The notes under the pieces were generated by a model. The model saw only the letters and a program-made list of their open reading frames with translations, had not been told where the DNA came from and ran no database searches. A stretch of DNA of 64,000 nt from Diplonema japonicum (lineage: Eukaryota; Protista; Euglenozoa: Diplonemea), in the NCBI GenBank assembly GCA_964019335.1, contig OZ025654.1, positions 620,001 to 684,000 on the forward strand. The letters run 5' to 3'. The number at the start of each line of letters is the position of its first letter. The first letter of the stretch is position 1. The position numbers and the translations under genes were made by a program. Positions 9,201-18,869 of the stretch are shown one piece after another.

Positions 9201-11725
9201 AGGTAATCGACGTCCGCTGCTTGTGCTTCGTTGATGCTATTCAATCGCCGCACCTCATCAGTCAGCTTCCGTTCGGCATCTCTGAACTCGATATTCTTCG
9301 CTGTGACGGCTGTGTACTGTGTTTCGCTGCTTGCGAGCTGCTCTTTCAAGCTGTGCACTGTGTCTAGGAGCGTTTGGTTTTCCTTATCCTGATGGCTCAG
9401 TTCCGCTTGCAGTGCCGCTACTTGCGAATTTGCAGTTCCTTGTTTATGCAGGAATTCTGTATGTTCGGATTTGAGAGTTGCGAAGGCCAGGTTCACTGCC
9501 TTCAGCTGCTCAGAGGCGTATGTGTAGTCTTTATAGATTTGCTCGCTCTCTTTCGTAGCTTTGCTGAGCTCAAGTTTGTAGTGCTGTGTGTTGTCTTTTG
9601 CTTCTTGCAGCTTGGCGGCGGTGGCGTTGGTGTTGTTTGCAAGAGCATCCCGCAGCTCGTCTGTTTCGTTGATGAGCGCCCCGACCTGCTCCGAGAGCTG
9701 CTGCTTGTCACATTCGTATTGCTTGGCGTTCGATTTCTGCCTCTCGTACTCTCTCTTCACGTTGTTGTACTTATCCTTGACAGTTGTGAGCTCTCCGTCT
9801 GTGATCCTCGCTTGTTCTGACAGCTGCTGTTCTAAGGAGGCCACTTCTTGTTTTTTAATGCTGTAATGTTCCTCGACTTCCCGCAAGTCTGCGTCCAGCT
9901 CGTTGATGAGCGCCTCTGCCTCCGCCATCTTTGTGTTGCCTTGCAACTCTGCCTCGATCTGCTGTGTGTATTCCACCATTGCCGCGTACTCTTTCTTTAG
10001 CTCCTCGTGCTCTTCTTTCCGTACCTCGTCGACTTTCTTCTTTTTCTTCGCTTCGGGTTTCAGCTTTTGCAGAGTACGGAGTTGCGTAACGGCTTCTTGA
10101 TGCTCTCGCTCTAGCTTCTTATACTTATCGGCGGCATCGCTGTCGGCTGCAGGGTTGTTCCGTTTCCGTTCTAGCACGGCGCGTTTGGCTTTTTGTTCAG
10201 CAAGTGCGAGTTTCTTCCCCCCGCGCTCGGCGGTTTTTTTAACAGTTTCGAGTTCGATTTGAAGCTTTTCGAGCGCGGTCTTGAGGCTGGCGTTCTCGGC
10301 GACCATGGTAGCCTCACGCTGGAAGGTATCGCTGTTTCTTTGGGTTTTCTTTTTAGCAGCCACGGGGGAAGTAACCCGAGATGAGGATGGGGAGAAAACG
10401 GGCGATGCGACCTCAAGCTCTCGGATGCGTGCCTGGAGACGGCGGTTCTTGTCGGTCTCGTCCGCGAGTGCTTCTTCGAGGATCTGGACCCTCGTACGAA
10501 GGTCGATGAGCTCGGACATATTGTCAGAGGAAGATCGGGCACGAGGACGGGCAAGCTCTTTTCGTAAACGCTCGACCTCCTCAGTAAGCTGTTTGATCCG
10601 TCGGATGGAAGGGTCTTCATTGATAACAGCTTGATTCACGATCTCTCTAGCACGTGATGCGTACCTAAGCGTGGACATAGTCTCCTCAATGTTCACGAAG
10701 TGGGGGGAAACGGTGGCCAGCATGGTTGTCTTGGAATTCCCTCCCAGGGAGTCTGAGAGAATCCATGTCAGCATGGAATCACGGTAAGGAGGCACGATTT
10801 TTTTAGCTATCCGCCCAGACGAGATGTCAGCCAGGGAATCGATGATCCGTCCTAGCGTGGTCAGCGACAGGTTGATCTTTGTGGCTTCTGTGAATGCTTC
10901 ACCGTCGACTTCTGATTTTTTGATACGTTCCGAGCCGGCTAGATCGACGAGATTGAGCTTTGCCTCGGTTGTGTTTGTCTTTACTCCGTCGGAGCTTTCC
11001 AGAACCTCAACAGATGTGAAGTAGAATGTGAGGAGTGCATGAGATCGGCTTGACCTGGTGTTCATTTTGGTACTCCCAACGTGCCGCTGGTCATGCCCGG
11101 TTGCCAAGATGCCGAGGATGTTATTCAGGCCGGAAATCTTCTTTTTTGTCAATCCTTCAACATAGATACCGTCGGTAGGGTGCTGCCGTGCTTTTAAATT
11201 AGTTTTTTTTGAATCGACAAGATCATGCACTTGCTCGAGGTATATTTCCATGTAAGATGCTGTGACGGTGAGGGTGTTGTGGGGGTTAGCCTTCCGCAAG
11301 TTGTCAATCTTTCCAAAAAGATCCTGGCACAATCGTGGAATGATGCCCCTCACATCAGTGTCCTGCCAGTCTCCCATCATAGTGTATGTCTTCCCGCTGC
11401 CTGTTTGGCCGTATGCGAAAAGGCAGCAGTTGTAGCCCTTCAGGGTGTTTACTATGAGGTCGTTACCAATTTCTTCGTACACCCTTTCTTGGTTGTGCCT
11501 CACCTGCATGGTGTTGCTCCATATCACCTTATCGAACTTGAAGGTGCCCCCGTGGAACATTGGATCGCAAGGGTGTTCCACAGTTACCTTGTCCCCCGCT
11601 CCCACTTTTTGCAGGCAGCATTTTTCTCTTTTGTCGTCCTCGTCTTCCTCCAGCTCCCTTTCGCTGTAAGGGCGGACTCTTACGATAACCTTAACTGATG
11701 AGTCGTTGGGCCTTCCGCTCGACAT
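6236..11725 (-). CDS. Kinesin with N-terminal motor (kinesin-3-like) and long coiled-coil tail, 1829 aa
   Basis: Motifs VRVRP, AYGQTGSGKTYTM (P-loop), SSRSH, LVDLAGSER, PYRDSMLTWILSDSLGGNSKT; heptad-rich tail. Confidence 0.95.
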   Translation of the reverse strand: MSSGRPNDSSVKVIVRVRPYSERELEEDEDDKREKCCLQKVGAGDKVTVEHPCDPMFHGGTFKFDKVIWSNTMQVRHNQERVYEEIGNDLIVNTLKGYNCCLFAYGQTGSGKTYTMMGDWQDTDVRGIIPRLCQDLFGKIDNLRKANPHNTLTVTASYMEIYLEQVHDLVDSKKTNLKARQHPTDGIYVEGLTKKKISGLNNILGILATGHDQRHVGSTKMNTRSSRSHALLTFYFTSVEVLESSDGVKTNTTEAKLNLVDLAGSERIKKSEVDGEAFTEATKINLSLTTLGRIIDSLADISSGRIAKKIVPPYRDSMLTWILSDSLGGNSKTTMLATVSPHFVNIEETMSTLRYASRAREIVNQAVINEDPSIRRIKQLTEEVERLRKELARPRARSSSDNMSELIDLRTRVQILEEALADETDKNRRLQARIRELEVASPVFSPSSSRVTSPVAAKKKTQRNSDTFQREATMVAENASLKTALEKLQIELETVKKTAERGGKKLALAEQKAKRAVLERKRNNPAADSDAADKYKKLEREHQEAVTQLRTLQKLKPEAKKKKKVDEVRKEEHEELKKEYAAMVEYTQQIEAELQGNTKMAEAEALINELDADLREVEEHYSIKKQEVASLEQQLSEQARITDGELTTVKDKYNNVKREYERQKSNAKQYECDKQQLSEQVGALINETDELRDALANNTNATAAKLQEAKDNTQHYKLELSKATKESEQIYKDYTYASEQLKAVNLAFATLKSEHTEFLHKQGTANSQVAALQAELSHQDKENQTLLDTVHSLKEQLASSETQYTAVTAKNIEFRDAERKLTDEVRRLNSINEAQAADVDYLYNEEETLRAKQMELEEQQERRIEEVFELREQNTLLTEKCAVQETQNEEFLRELDELHTELTSSRDRDLAQSAEITSLKLEVENVIRDNEQLHLELNAVLGEQQMKSARSDTEQTELQRNITSLQVRLQETETDLRDQKQVFKEKEGAFMKRIDMLQKENDGNDADTQHLREALGSIRTEMEFQNSENELLHTTVMSLKSKVKDMEQHTEENIVSEEHLNTELFEVKQHSATQKETIDLQESELSSCRHKIVTLQRELETRQGDSSIREQEVTAYRQEACQTRDDLKILKAKHEVLRNKEASLERELHERDAEVDCFRTKCTALQDKLEEVARDGEQWRGDLTHREQVSREQDKELEVLRATVNQNEKCLGTKDAEAAELIQTIEDLQAQHALQKANLGVHLLEIQSKDQQIEDLKAEALRIQEEKAALTMTADNQRGDIRELLSYKGVASDLENKLQDLKEQQSAINHSQATRETYITEQDALISKYKEQADVSQNGLAIKEQELQQCKEQLAELEGMQQLMRDAVESSEAKGVELQEHKEQLAALQEASEARGEEMQTYKSRCAQLEQQVVDVQESSIAAWEQKVISQHEELAELKRELECKTSDQEKEQLAYKQVEKLENTVKELTSSIDKMKLTDAQRNQERDQLQKHISGMLADVAAEGEDMQLRGRCYRAWGCFVASRQKRARVVNHVSYTCDVHHYSLLSRYFLKMQMHTVLLDSGRREESLSKRVLEEKGIRKQLVSLNNDLRERVIVLDSERDRQRERIEKYKKLYGPITPATESLSPGRAPQVQKITKVKNRIQDTTGKRRKKKFLTELHDQVEKLRTENQATVIKLRRTVAEKEAAERRTSLLKKYESVVIATQCGNERAEGKVRAALAKIQMDHAYYCEKKELAFQTAIADIVTERNRVLASQMRTVGYLKRNPPKYSYEITEQRSMEEHDDPLLAEAAWFAHDERVRAYAEATLFIPRTPITPHLPVQTPSDLLL

Positions 11726-11925
11726 TTTTTTCCTCCCTTTTTTTTCTTCCTATTTTTCTCCTCCTCCCAACCTTTTTCTTTTTTGGGTTTTCTTTTTAAT
11801 TACACAAATAGAATTCGGGGAAAGGAAAAGTTCAAATCTCGAGACCCCCGTTTAGGATAGGTAGAAAGGTAACGGTGATTCAGAATTGGGGGAAGGGAAT
11901 CAGATTGTTAACCGTTGTTGCCAAC

Positions 11926-11955
11926 TTAGACAAGTCAAAAAAGACTCGTTCTTGC
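11926..11955 (-). repeat. Dispersed hairpin signature, copy 2 (loop expanded to T6)
   Basis: gcaagaacgagtc-tttttt-gacttgtctaa, about 20 nt after the stop codon of 11977..13209. Confidence 0.8.
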
Positions 11956-11976
11956 AAAAAGAAAAAAGAAAAAAAA

Positions 11977-13209
11977 TCAAAACGTAAGCAACACCCCGTG
12001 ACAGTTTTTGGATATCATTTTGGGCCCTCCTACCAACCTGCTCATGAGCTTGGAGTGCGTAAACACCAGGATATTCTTCTCCTTTCTGTCCCCGAGCCAA
12101 GATAGTACCGCGGCCACCCTTGACCTGACATCAGCTTCGCTTTCAACAGGTGAGGTACTATCGGTCAATGCCCATGGCACAGCGTTTTGGCACCACTTAC
12201 TACGGCTGAGACGGTGGGGGAAGGGGATCTCTTCAGGGGTGTCAAGGGGGATGTCGCTCCAAGCGTTGATTATTTCACCGAAGATATTAACAATGTTAAC
12301 CTCAGGCTGGGGACCATGCGATTGGAGAACGTGCCCGCACGTCTCCACAGCCCGACGAAGGGGCGAAGTACAAACAAGGTCAAAGTATGACGGGTCGATT
12401 AATGTGCTTAAATGCTTTGCCTGTTGCACCCCTTTTTCCGTTAAAAGAGCATCACGCAGCCCTGTATCGCACCACTTCTGCTCCTTGTCCTTCTTGTCTG
12501 TCTGGTACCTTGACTCGGCATGCCTGACAAGCACGATGTTCTTCCCTTGCAACGACTTCCTGTTGGGAGCGTCACCTTCAAACTTCCTTTCAACAACCTG
12601 GCAGCCGTCTAGCAGTGCGTACAGACTCCTCACTGCCTGGTCTATCTCCCTTGCGCTTGGAACGGGGACTTTGACCTCGCCACGTTTAACATGGTGGGAA
12701 TATTGTTTTGGAAGCCTGTTTTTAACGGTGTTGATTTCGTACTTTAGGCGCTGCTCGTAGGTTAAGGAGTTGATGCCTGTTTTTGATGGAACGACGGGGC
12801 AGCCTGAAGGTGCAGGGATTCCGTTGATGGCCCACCCGCGGTTTTCCAAAACTTTTCTGAACCCCAAGAGCGATCTTGGCAGGTGGAAGTCGGAGGTAAT
12901 CACCGTGATGCTGACGTTCTTTGCAGGGATGCCCATCTCGTCGATGATGGACCCGCAGTAATATGCGTTTTCCAAGGTGGTCCTGGACTGCTCCTCCTTC
13001 ACCACCCCGTGCATTTCAAGCAAGCCGTGCATCACCTCAGCCTCGGTGATCCCAACCTTGGCCACGTCGGACCCCGTGGCGATCACTATACACCCGGCCC
13101 CTTTGTGTTGCACCACCTCCCTGGCAACCTTTACCCTGAACTTCAGGGACGTCGGGACAGTCCCGTCTTCGTGAAGAGACTGCCCTAGAACGATCACGAT
13201 TTCTTGCAT
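11977..13209 (-). CDS. DUF218 (YdcF-like) domain fused to histidine phosphatase (PGAM-like) domain
   Basis: N-term IVIVLG...EAEVM...EEQSRTTLENA...VITSDFHLPRS; C-term LVRHAES, LTEKGVQQA, SPLRRAVET, VFTHS. Confidence 0.85.
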   Translation of the reverse strand: MQEIVIVLGQSLHEDGTVPTSLKFRVKVAREVVQHKGAGCIVIATGSDVAKVGITEAEVMHGLLEMHGVVKEEQSRTTLENAYYCGSIIDEMGIPAKNVSITVITSDFHLPRSLLGFRKVLENRGWAINGIPAPSGCPVVPSKTGINSLTYEQRLKYEINTVKNRLPKQYSHHVKRGEVKVPVPSAREIDQAVRSLYALLDGCQVVERKFEGDAPNRKSLQGKNIVLVRHAESRYQTDKKDKEQKWCDTGLRDALLTEKGVQQAKHLSTLIDPSYFDLVCTSPLRRAVETCGHVLQSHGPQPEVNIVNIFGEIINAWSDIPLDTPEEIPFPHRLSRSKWCQNAVPWALTDSTSPVESEADVRSRVAAVLSWLGDRKEKNILVFTHSKLMSRLVGGPKMISKNCHGVLLTF

Positions 13210-13337
13210 TTTTAAAGTTTTTTTCCACTTTCTTTTCTTTTAAACAAACCTTGAAAAGGAATGTCTTTTGTTTCTTGTCATGCGGGTACAAAACAATAAA
13301 ATAAAAAAAAAAATAAAAAAAAAAAAAAAAAAAAAAA

Positions 13338-15369
13338 GAGACATTTAAGGGTACCTGCGGTATGTGGCAGGACGCCTGAAGAGTCTCAATCTATCTCTTG
13401 ATCGAACCTTTCTGCTGTGGTGTGGCCTTCGGCCCCTCGTTCACCCTCCTCGGTACCTTAGGTATAAAACCCTCAACCGAGTTGGTAAGGACACAATAGT
13501 TGTACAGTTGTTTCTCAAGGATGTGGCGGGTCACCGGGGAGGCGAATACCGGTCTAGAGGAGTAGCCCCTTACGGAGCTGTTGTAGTAACCCAACGTGCG
13601 CAGGGAGTGGACAGAAACTACTGACGCAGCTGGGATGAGGGGCGCTATGCCCTTACTGGTGTGGATGCGTTCTAGTGCCGTTATCACCCGGCCTATTACA
13701 CGCGCGCTCACTTGGATGTCCTCACCCTCTTCACAAGGTGAGAGTCCCACCGTGGCAATGAAGTCTATGGCCAGCTCAAGCCTGGAGACCTGTCCACCTG
13801 TCGTGCCCCAGTGAAGGGCAGAGAGCCATCGGATGACGTGCGGGATGAGCCGTGGGAGGCACTGTTGCCTCAAACCATTGTCGTAGTACCACCCCAGTGA
13901 CCGTGGCTTGAGCAAACTCCCCTTCTCGAAAGGCCTGTTCCACAGGTGAACGCTGAAGTCCATCGTCTTTTTCCGTGCAAAGGTGAGTTGTAAGCTACCA
14001 GTGATCTCCGCCATCATCAGCTGCAACTCGGCAGTGTCCAGCCCGAGTCCCACTGTCGCGATGCCGTGCAGTTGCGTGCACCGGGGCCACTGGTTACGTT
14101 GTGTGCACAGCGCTGCCCGCGTCTCGGAAGCTGTCCTGATGTGCTCGTGCGCCTGACAGTCCCAGAGGGTGTGCTCCAGGAGTCTCGCCGTGTGTTCCGA
14201 AATGTCGAAAGTAGCGTCGCAGCCCATGCATTTCGTCCGCCCCCCGACCGTGTCGTTGATAATCTTGGGGTGGAACGGGAAAACAGCCCCAGTTATCACT
14301 TGCAGGACCCTTCGTGCTTTGGGAGGGTTGCGGTTCGCCAGGTGCAGGTGTAGCCCGTTGGTTGCCACTTCGTCGATGTCGCCCGTCCCCTGAAAGGAGG
14401 GTCTGCTCTCCACGAGGTTCGCTCGCAGGTGGACCTTCAGGAGCTTCCTGACCTCATGCTTCAGTGCCCCAGGCTCTAGGGGGACCCATTGCCGCGCGAA
14501 ATGCGCCCAGCTGGACCCTAGTTCCTCCAGCAGCTCGTGGGTCTGTCCGAGTATCCCGCGCGGGGCGAGGGGGTTTCCGTTCCGGGCGGCCTCCTTGTAG
14601 CCGTCTCTGCACGCCCTGACGAGTGAACTGGACTCACCGTCGCTCCTCATCATCCGCGCAAACGTTGTGATCCTGCGGTATGCGGCTGCTGAGTACGGGT
14701 CCAGCCTGTGTCCTTTGAAAGCCACCCCGAGGAGGGCGCCTGACGAGCGTGTTGGGTTGTGTGGGCCCCATATGCAAGAGGTAATCTTCTTCCTGAGGGA
14801 GTCCAAGAGCGAGTCCGTGGGTGGTGTGTAGAGCACTCCGTAGAGCGCCGCAGGTAGGATGCAGTCTTCTATCAGTTGGGCCTTACGCGTTCTCGTGATT
14901 TGGGTCACTGTGAGCCTGTCGACAGCATCCAGCGCCGTGGCGATCCTTGTGTTCTTCGTCCTGGTGGGCTGCAGGCACACCGTACACCCCAACATAGTTA
15001 CGCTTTTCACCGTATCGAATAAGGTGCCCCTCATCGCCAGCCTGCTTCTGTACCCCTTCTTGGTGCTAAAGGCCTTAGTTTTCCCCGGGTGTACCGACAT
15101 GTTCGTCAAGCGGCAGAGCTCGTCCAGCAAGAGTATGGAACTCTGGACCGCCTTCTCCGAGATCCTAGAGAAGAGGTATAGGTCGTCCGCGTAGGAGATG
15201 GGTAGGACTTCAGGGAATGTGGTGACGCATCGCCTGGTGTAGGCAGCGAGGATGGCGTTGATGAAGACGGGTGAGATAGGGCAGCCCTGGAGGATTCCGT
15301 TTGTGGTGCGAAACACTTCCCCTACCCCCGCCTGGAAGCGCAAACGCCGGTCGAGGTTGGCGTACATGG
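13338..15369 (-). mobile_element. 5'-truncated non-LTR retrotransposon (RT C-half plus Cys/His C-terminal domain), uninterrupted ORF to stop at 13391
   Basis: GILQGCPISP, YADD, CMGC...HTLWDC; homologous to 33556-37820; 3' UTR hairpin; oligo(T) at 13307-13337; candidate TSD ataaaataaaa at 13296-13306 and 15370-15380. Confidence 0.92.
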
Positions 15370-15384
15370 ATAAAATAAAATAAA

Positions 15385-15521
15385 CACAGCAGCCCAGTCC
15401 GGGCTGCGGTTGTGTAACTTTACACAACGCAGAGCAGAAGTCGGAGATGCGCTGCATTCTCCGTCGACCTCAGGACGCGGAAGCTCTCTCGCAGGTAGCG
15501 GAAAGCACGGAAGAACACTGT
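15385..15521. other. GC-rich structured island between TAAAA repeats
   Basis: Three stems: gcagccc/gggctgc, gttgtgta/tacacaac, cggagatgc/gcattctccg; flanked by aaataaaataaa on both sides. Confidence 0.45.
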
Positions 15522-15540
15522 AAATAAAATAAAAAAGAAA

Positions 15541-16068
15541 TCACGTTTTTTTTTCTTCGCAAGTCTCCTCCCTGCACAGCATCTCCGAAAGGATGATGTT
15601 CCACAAGGCAGAAACAACGTTCAAAAAGAGGAGTTTATATTGCACGGGGAGGAAGGTGTGGCTGATGAGCTGCACCGGAGCGACGACACACCAAGCCGCC
15701 TTTATCGAAGTGGGGAAACGCTCCGTCAGGTTAGTGAGGGCTTCTGCAGGCGAGCCACGCTTTATTACAAAGGTCGACCAAAGGTTGATGAGTATAAGGT
15801 AGAGAGGTCCCACCGTAAGACTCTCAAGAAGTGTTTTCACAAGGCCTCCCGTGGCCCCGGTACCAAGGTTCTTCCCTTCTAAAAACTTAAACCACACGTG
15901 AAAAAGAGGTACTTGCAACGCAGCCACAGCACTTCCCCATAAGACAGTTCGTCGGCAGTCCCACTCCTTCCTAACCCCGTGGTGGCTCTGCACCAACTGT
16001 GCACCAATGTCTCCAAAGCAGCCTATGCTAAACCCGATGCCTGCTTTCCGTAATAGTTCTTTCTTCAT
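15541..16068 (-). CDS. Mpv17/PMP22 family membrane protein
   Basis: GDIGAQL, WDCRRT, HVWFKFLE, AWCVVAPVQLISHTFLPVQYKLLFLNVVSALWNIILS; ATG at 16068 after an A-tract. Confidence 0.9.
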   Translation of the reverse strand: MKKELLRKAGIGFSIGCFGDIGAQLVQSHHGVRKEWDCRRTVLWGSAVAALQVPLFHVWFKFLEGKNLGTGATGGLVKTLLESLTVGPLYLILINLWSTFVIKRGSPAEALTNLTERFPTSIKAAWCVVAPVQLISHTFLPVQYKLLFLNVVSALWNIILSEMLCREETCEEKKT

Positions 16069-16944
16069 TTTTCCTCTCTCTCTTTTTTCTTCTCCCCCCT
16101 CCTTTTTTTTTGCATGGTGAAACGTAAAAAACAAACGCAATACAGTAACAAAAAAAAAAAGTTTATTTACGCACCTCAGCTAGACAGAATGGCGCCAATT
16201 ACCCTACCCTTGGAGGGGGGATAGTACTCTGTTTTCTTTTCTAGTCAGGAAAACAGAGTGATCCTTTTAAGGTGCGTGAAGAAAGAAGATCAAGTGTAAA
16301 AAGATTCTCCGCGGAGGGGGGGGGGGGGGTCACCGCCCCTTAAAAAGCTCGAAATTCGTGTTTTTCGGGAAACGCACCCCTGTAAATTATACCCGAAAAT
16401 TCCACCCAGATGCTAAAAAAAAACACTTTCCGCCGCTATTTGGGGGTTTTTGTGGACTTCTATGTGACGTATTCACAATTTTGAGCGGGTGTGACAGAAC
16501 CGGTACCTGCAGAATCCTATTTTGTGCACACATTATCAGAGTCATCAGAACGAGCTGCAAGCGGGTAAAAATCGACCTACATGTCGTCCAAGAGTAGCCC
16601 ACGCAGCTCTGGTGCCGTCTCGCCCCCTTAGGTGTCCAACTTGCGATTATCAACCAGTTTTTTGAGGTCATCCTTTAGCTTACTTGAAAGGTCAGTGCGC
16701 AGTTGTGCCCTCTTGCGTACAGCGTTGAGGGCAGCAAGGTACCGGTTCTGTCACAAAAAATTAAAATGGCGTTTTAGGGTAGCCAACTTGCAAATTTCGT
16801 CGAAACTCGGCCCAAAAATGGGTTTTTAGGCGACTTTGGGGTGGTTAAGGTGGTTTTTTGCGCCTTTGTGTCACAAATGTGCAAGATTTTTTTTTGGCCT
16901 AATTTCGACCCCTTTGACCCCCCCCCCCCCCCCCCCCCCCCCCC

Positions 16945-17049
16945 TAGGGCTATGCTGGCATGGAAACGCGTTTCCATGCATTTTTTGATAAAAAGGGAAA
17001 CGGAAACGGGAACGGAAACGTTTCCACGTTTCCTGCCAGCATAGCCCTA
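16945..17049. mobile_element. MITE A (~105 bp)
   Basis: Perfect 16-bp TIR TAGGGCTATGCTGGCA/TGCCAGCATAGCCCTA; internal GGAAAC repeats. Confidence 0.85.
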
Positions 17050-17715
17050 GGCATAGTGGTGAGGCGACTCGCACCAAATTCTCGCACATTCTCGCATGCG
17101 AGAATGATGCGAGAATTTTTTTTGGCTGAAACTTCAACAGGGAAAGCCAGGTGCCTGAGTGTCAAAATCTTCGAAGGACCTCAACAGGCAGTGCTTTGCC
17201 CCGTGGTGGGGCAGGAGTTCATAGACGGGGGCGATGTTGTGTTTGGTCACAGGCACCACCACCACCAAGCAGCAAACACGCCTTCCCAGCATCCCATTGG
17301 TGGAGCTCGCGCATGAAGATACCGACACCAGACACGCTGCTGGCAAAGGGGCCCGGATCCGAGAAGGAGACAAGGAGTGAAGCAAAGCATCGAAAAGACC
17401 CTGTTGCCGTTAAGCACAGACGCCACCAGTGCCAAACATTTCTGGGCTGGTCGGATACTCAGAGGAGCCCCTCCTCCTTCACCTGGACATCAAGGAGGGT
17501 GAATCACACACGGGGGCGGACGTGAACGCACTGATCGCGTTGTTCGGGAGGAGTATGAAGGTCGAGGGTGAGTTTCTTTGACACAAGCACACCTGAAATG
17601 CACACTAGAATGTGCGAGAATCGTGCGAGAGTGTGCGAGAATGCGAGTCGTTTTGCGAGAATTTCGGCTCAGATTTTTTTGTGCGAGAATGCGAGTCGCC
17701 TCACCACTATGCCTA
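17048..17715. mobile_element. MITE/non-autonomous DNA transposon B (~670 bp)
   Basis: Perfect 26-bp TIR TAGGCATAGTGGTGAGGCGACTCGCA/TGCGAGTCGCCTCACCACTATGCCTA; TGCGAGAA subterminal repeats; unique interior. Confidence 0.88.
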
Positions 17716-18230
17716 GGGGGGGGGGGGGGGGGGGGCAAGACCTTAAACCCTTAAAAGGAAAGTGGAGTGATTAATCAGCTGAGTTAGAGTATTTTTTCTT
17801 TCTTTTTTATCAAAGCTGTTAAAGTGTTTAAGAAGCCTTTACGAAGCCCTTACAGCCAGTAGTGCTTTTATTTTTAAAAAAAAGCGTTTTGGGAGAAAAG
17901 TTATAGATTACCGTTGGATGGCGGAAAAAAAAAAGTTCTGAGTTACCGTTGTAGGGTAAAATCTGCATACGGATTTTAGAAAAAAGTATCTTTTTGCTTT
18001 ACTGTGAAAGGTGGTTATCTCAGAAAGTGTAAGAAAAATAACTACCAGTGAACCTCTAAAAACTACAAAGAAAAAAAAAAAGACAAATGCACCAAAATAC
18101 AACGAATTCTCAAATTATTCCCACAGCAATCTTCTGAGTCATCCGATAGATTGCTGAACCAGATTTAAAAATGTGGTGGAACTTTTATGTCTCGAGTGAA
18201 AGAAAAAAAATCACGAGTTGGGGGAGGGGC

Positions 18231-18341
18231 GGCTATGTTGGCGGGAAACGGGAAACGTTTGGAGTCCACCCCATTTCCGTTTTTCATTTTCATTTTCAGA
18301 AAGAACTAAGAATTGCGCGTTTCTTTGCCAACAAAGCCCTG
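18231..18341. mobile_element. Degenerate MITE of family A
   Basis: ggctatgttggc...gccaacaaagccctg imperfect TIR; GGAAAC repeats. Confidence 0.65.
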
Positions 18342-18701
18342 GGGGGGTATCAAACCCCCTCTAAACCCATACCAAAAAAACGCTGTTCTAAGGCCATTTG
18401 ACCATATACCTGACCCATACCCGCCACAAAACACTAGACCCCGGTTTCTACCCCTCCGAGCCGTTTTTTTGCTCAAAAATGGGTGGGAATAATCAAAAAC
18501 TGGCGGTCAGGACTTGGTACCTTGATTTTTTTTTTTTAAATTTACCCATTCTTGGGCATCAAAAAGGTCGGGAGGGGAAGAAACCTTGTCTGGGGGCATT
18601 TTGTGGCGGGTCGAACGTGGTCAAATGGCCTTAGAAAAGCGTTTTTTTTTTTTTGGCAAAACTGAAGAAAACCACCTTTGCATGGGGCTTTTGATACCCC
18701 C

Positions 18702-18856
18702 TAGGGCTATGTCGGCAAGAAACGGGGAAACGTTTCCGTTTCCGCTTCCGCATTTTTCAGATGCTTGAGGAAACGGCCCCAAATAAGGAAACGTTTCCGT
18801 TTCCTTATTTTCAAAAAGAATGCTTGGAAACGCATTTCTTTGCTGACATAGCCCTG
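18702..18856. mobile_element. MITE of family A (~155 bp)
   Basis: TIR tagggctatgtcggcaa/ttgctgacatagccctg; GGAAACG repeats. Confidence 0.8.
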
Positions 18857-18869
18857 GGGGCCCCTTTTT

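Noticed and set aside
15370-15457. N-terminal extension MQRISDF... of the 688-aa RT ORF
   Set aside because: Homology to the full LINE begins near 15369; upstream is flank read in frame by chance.
16226-16259. 11-bp perfect hairpin actctgttttc/gaaaacagagt
   Set aside because: Isolated, with no second copy or recognisable RNA family; not a spliced leader sequence.
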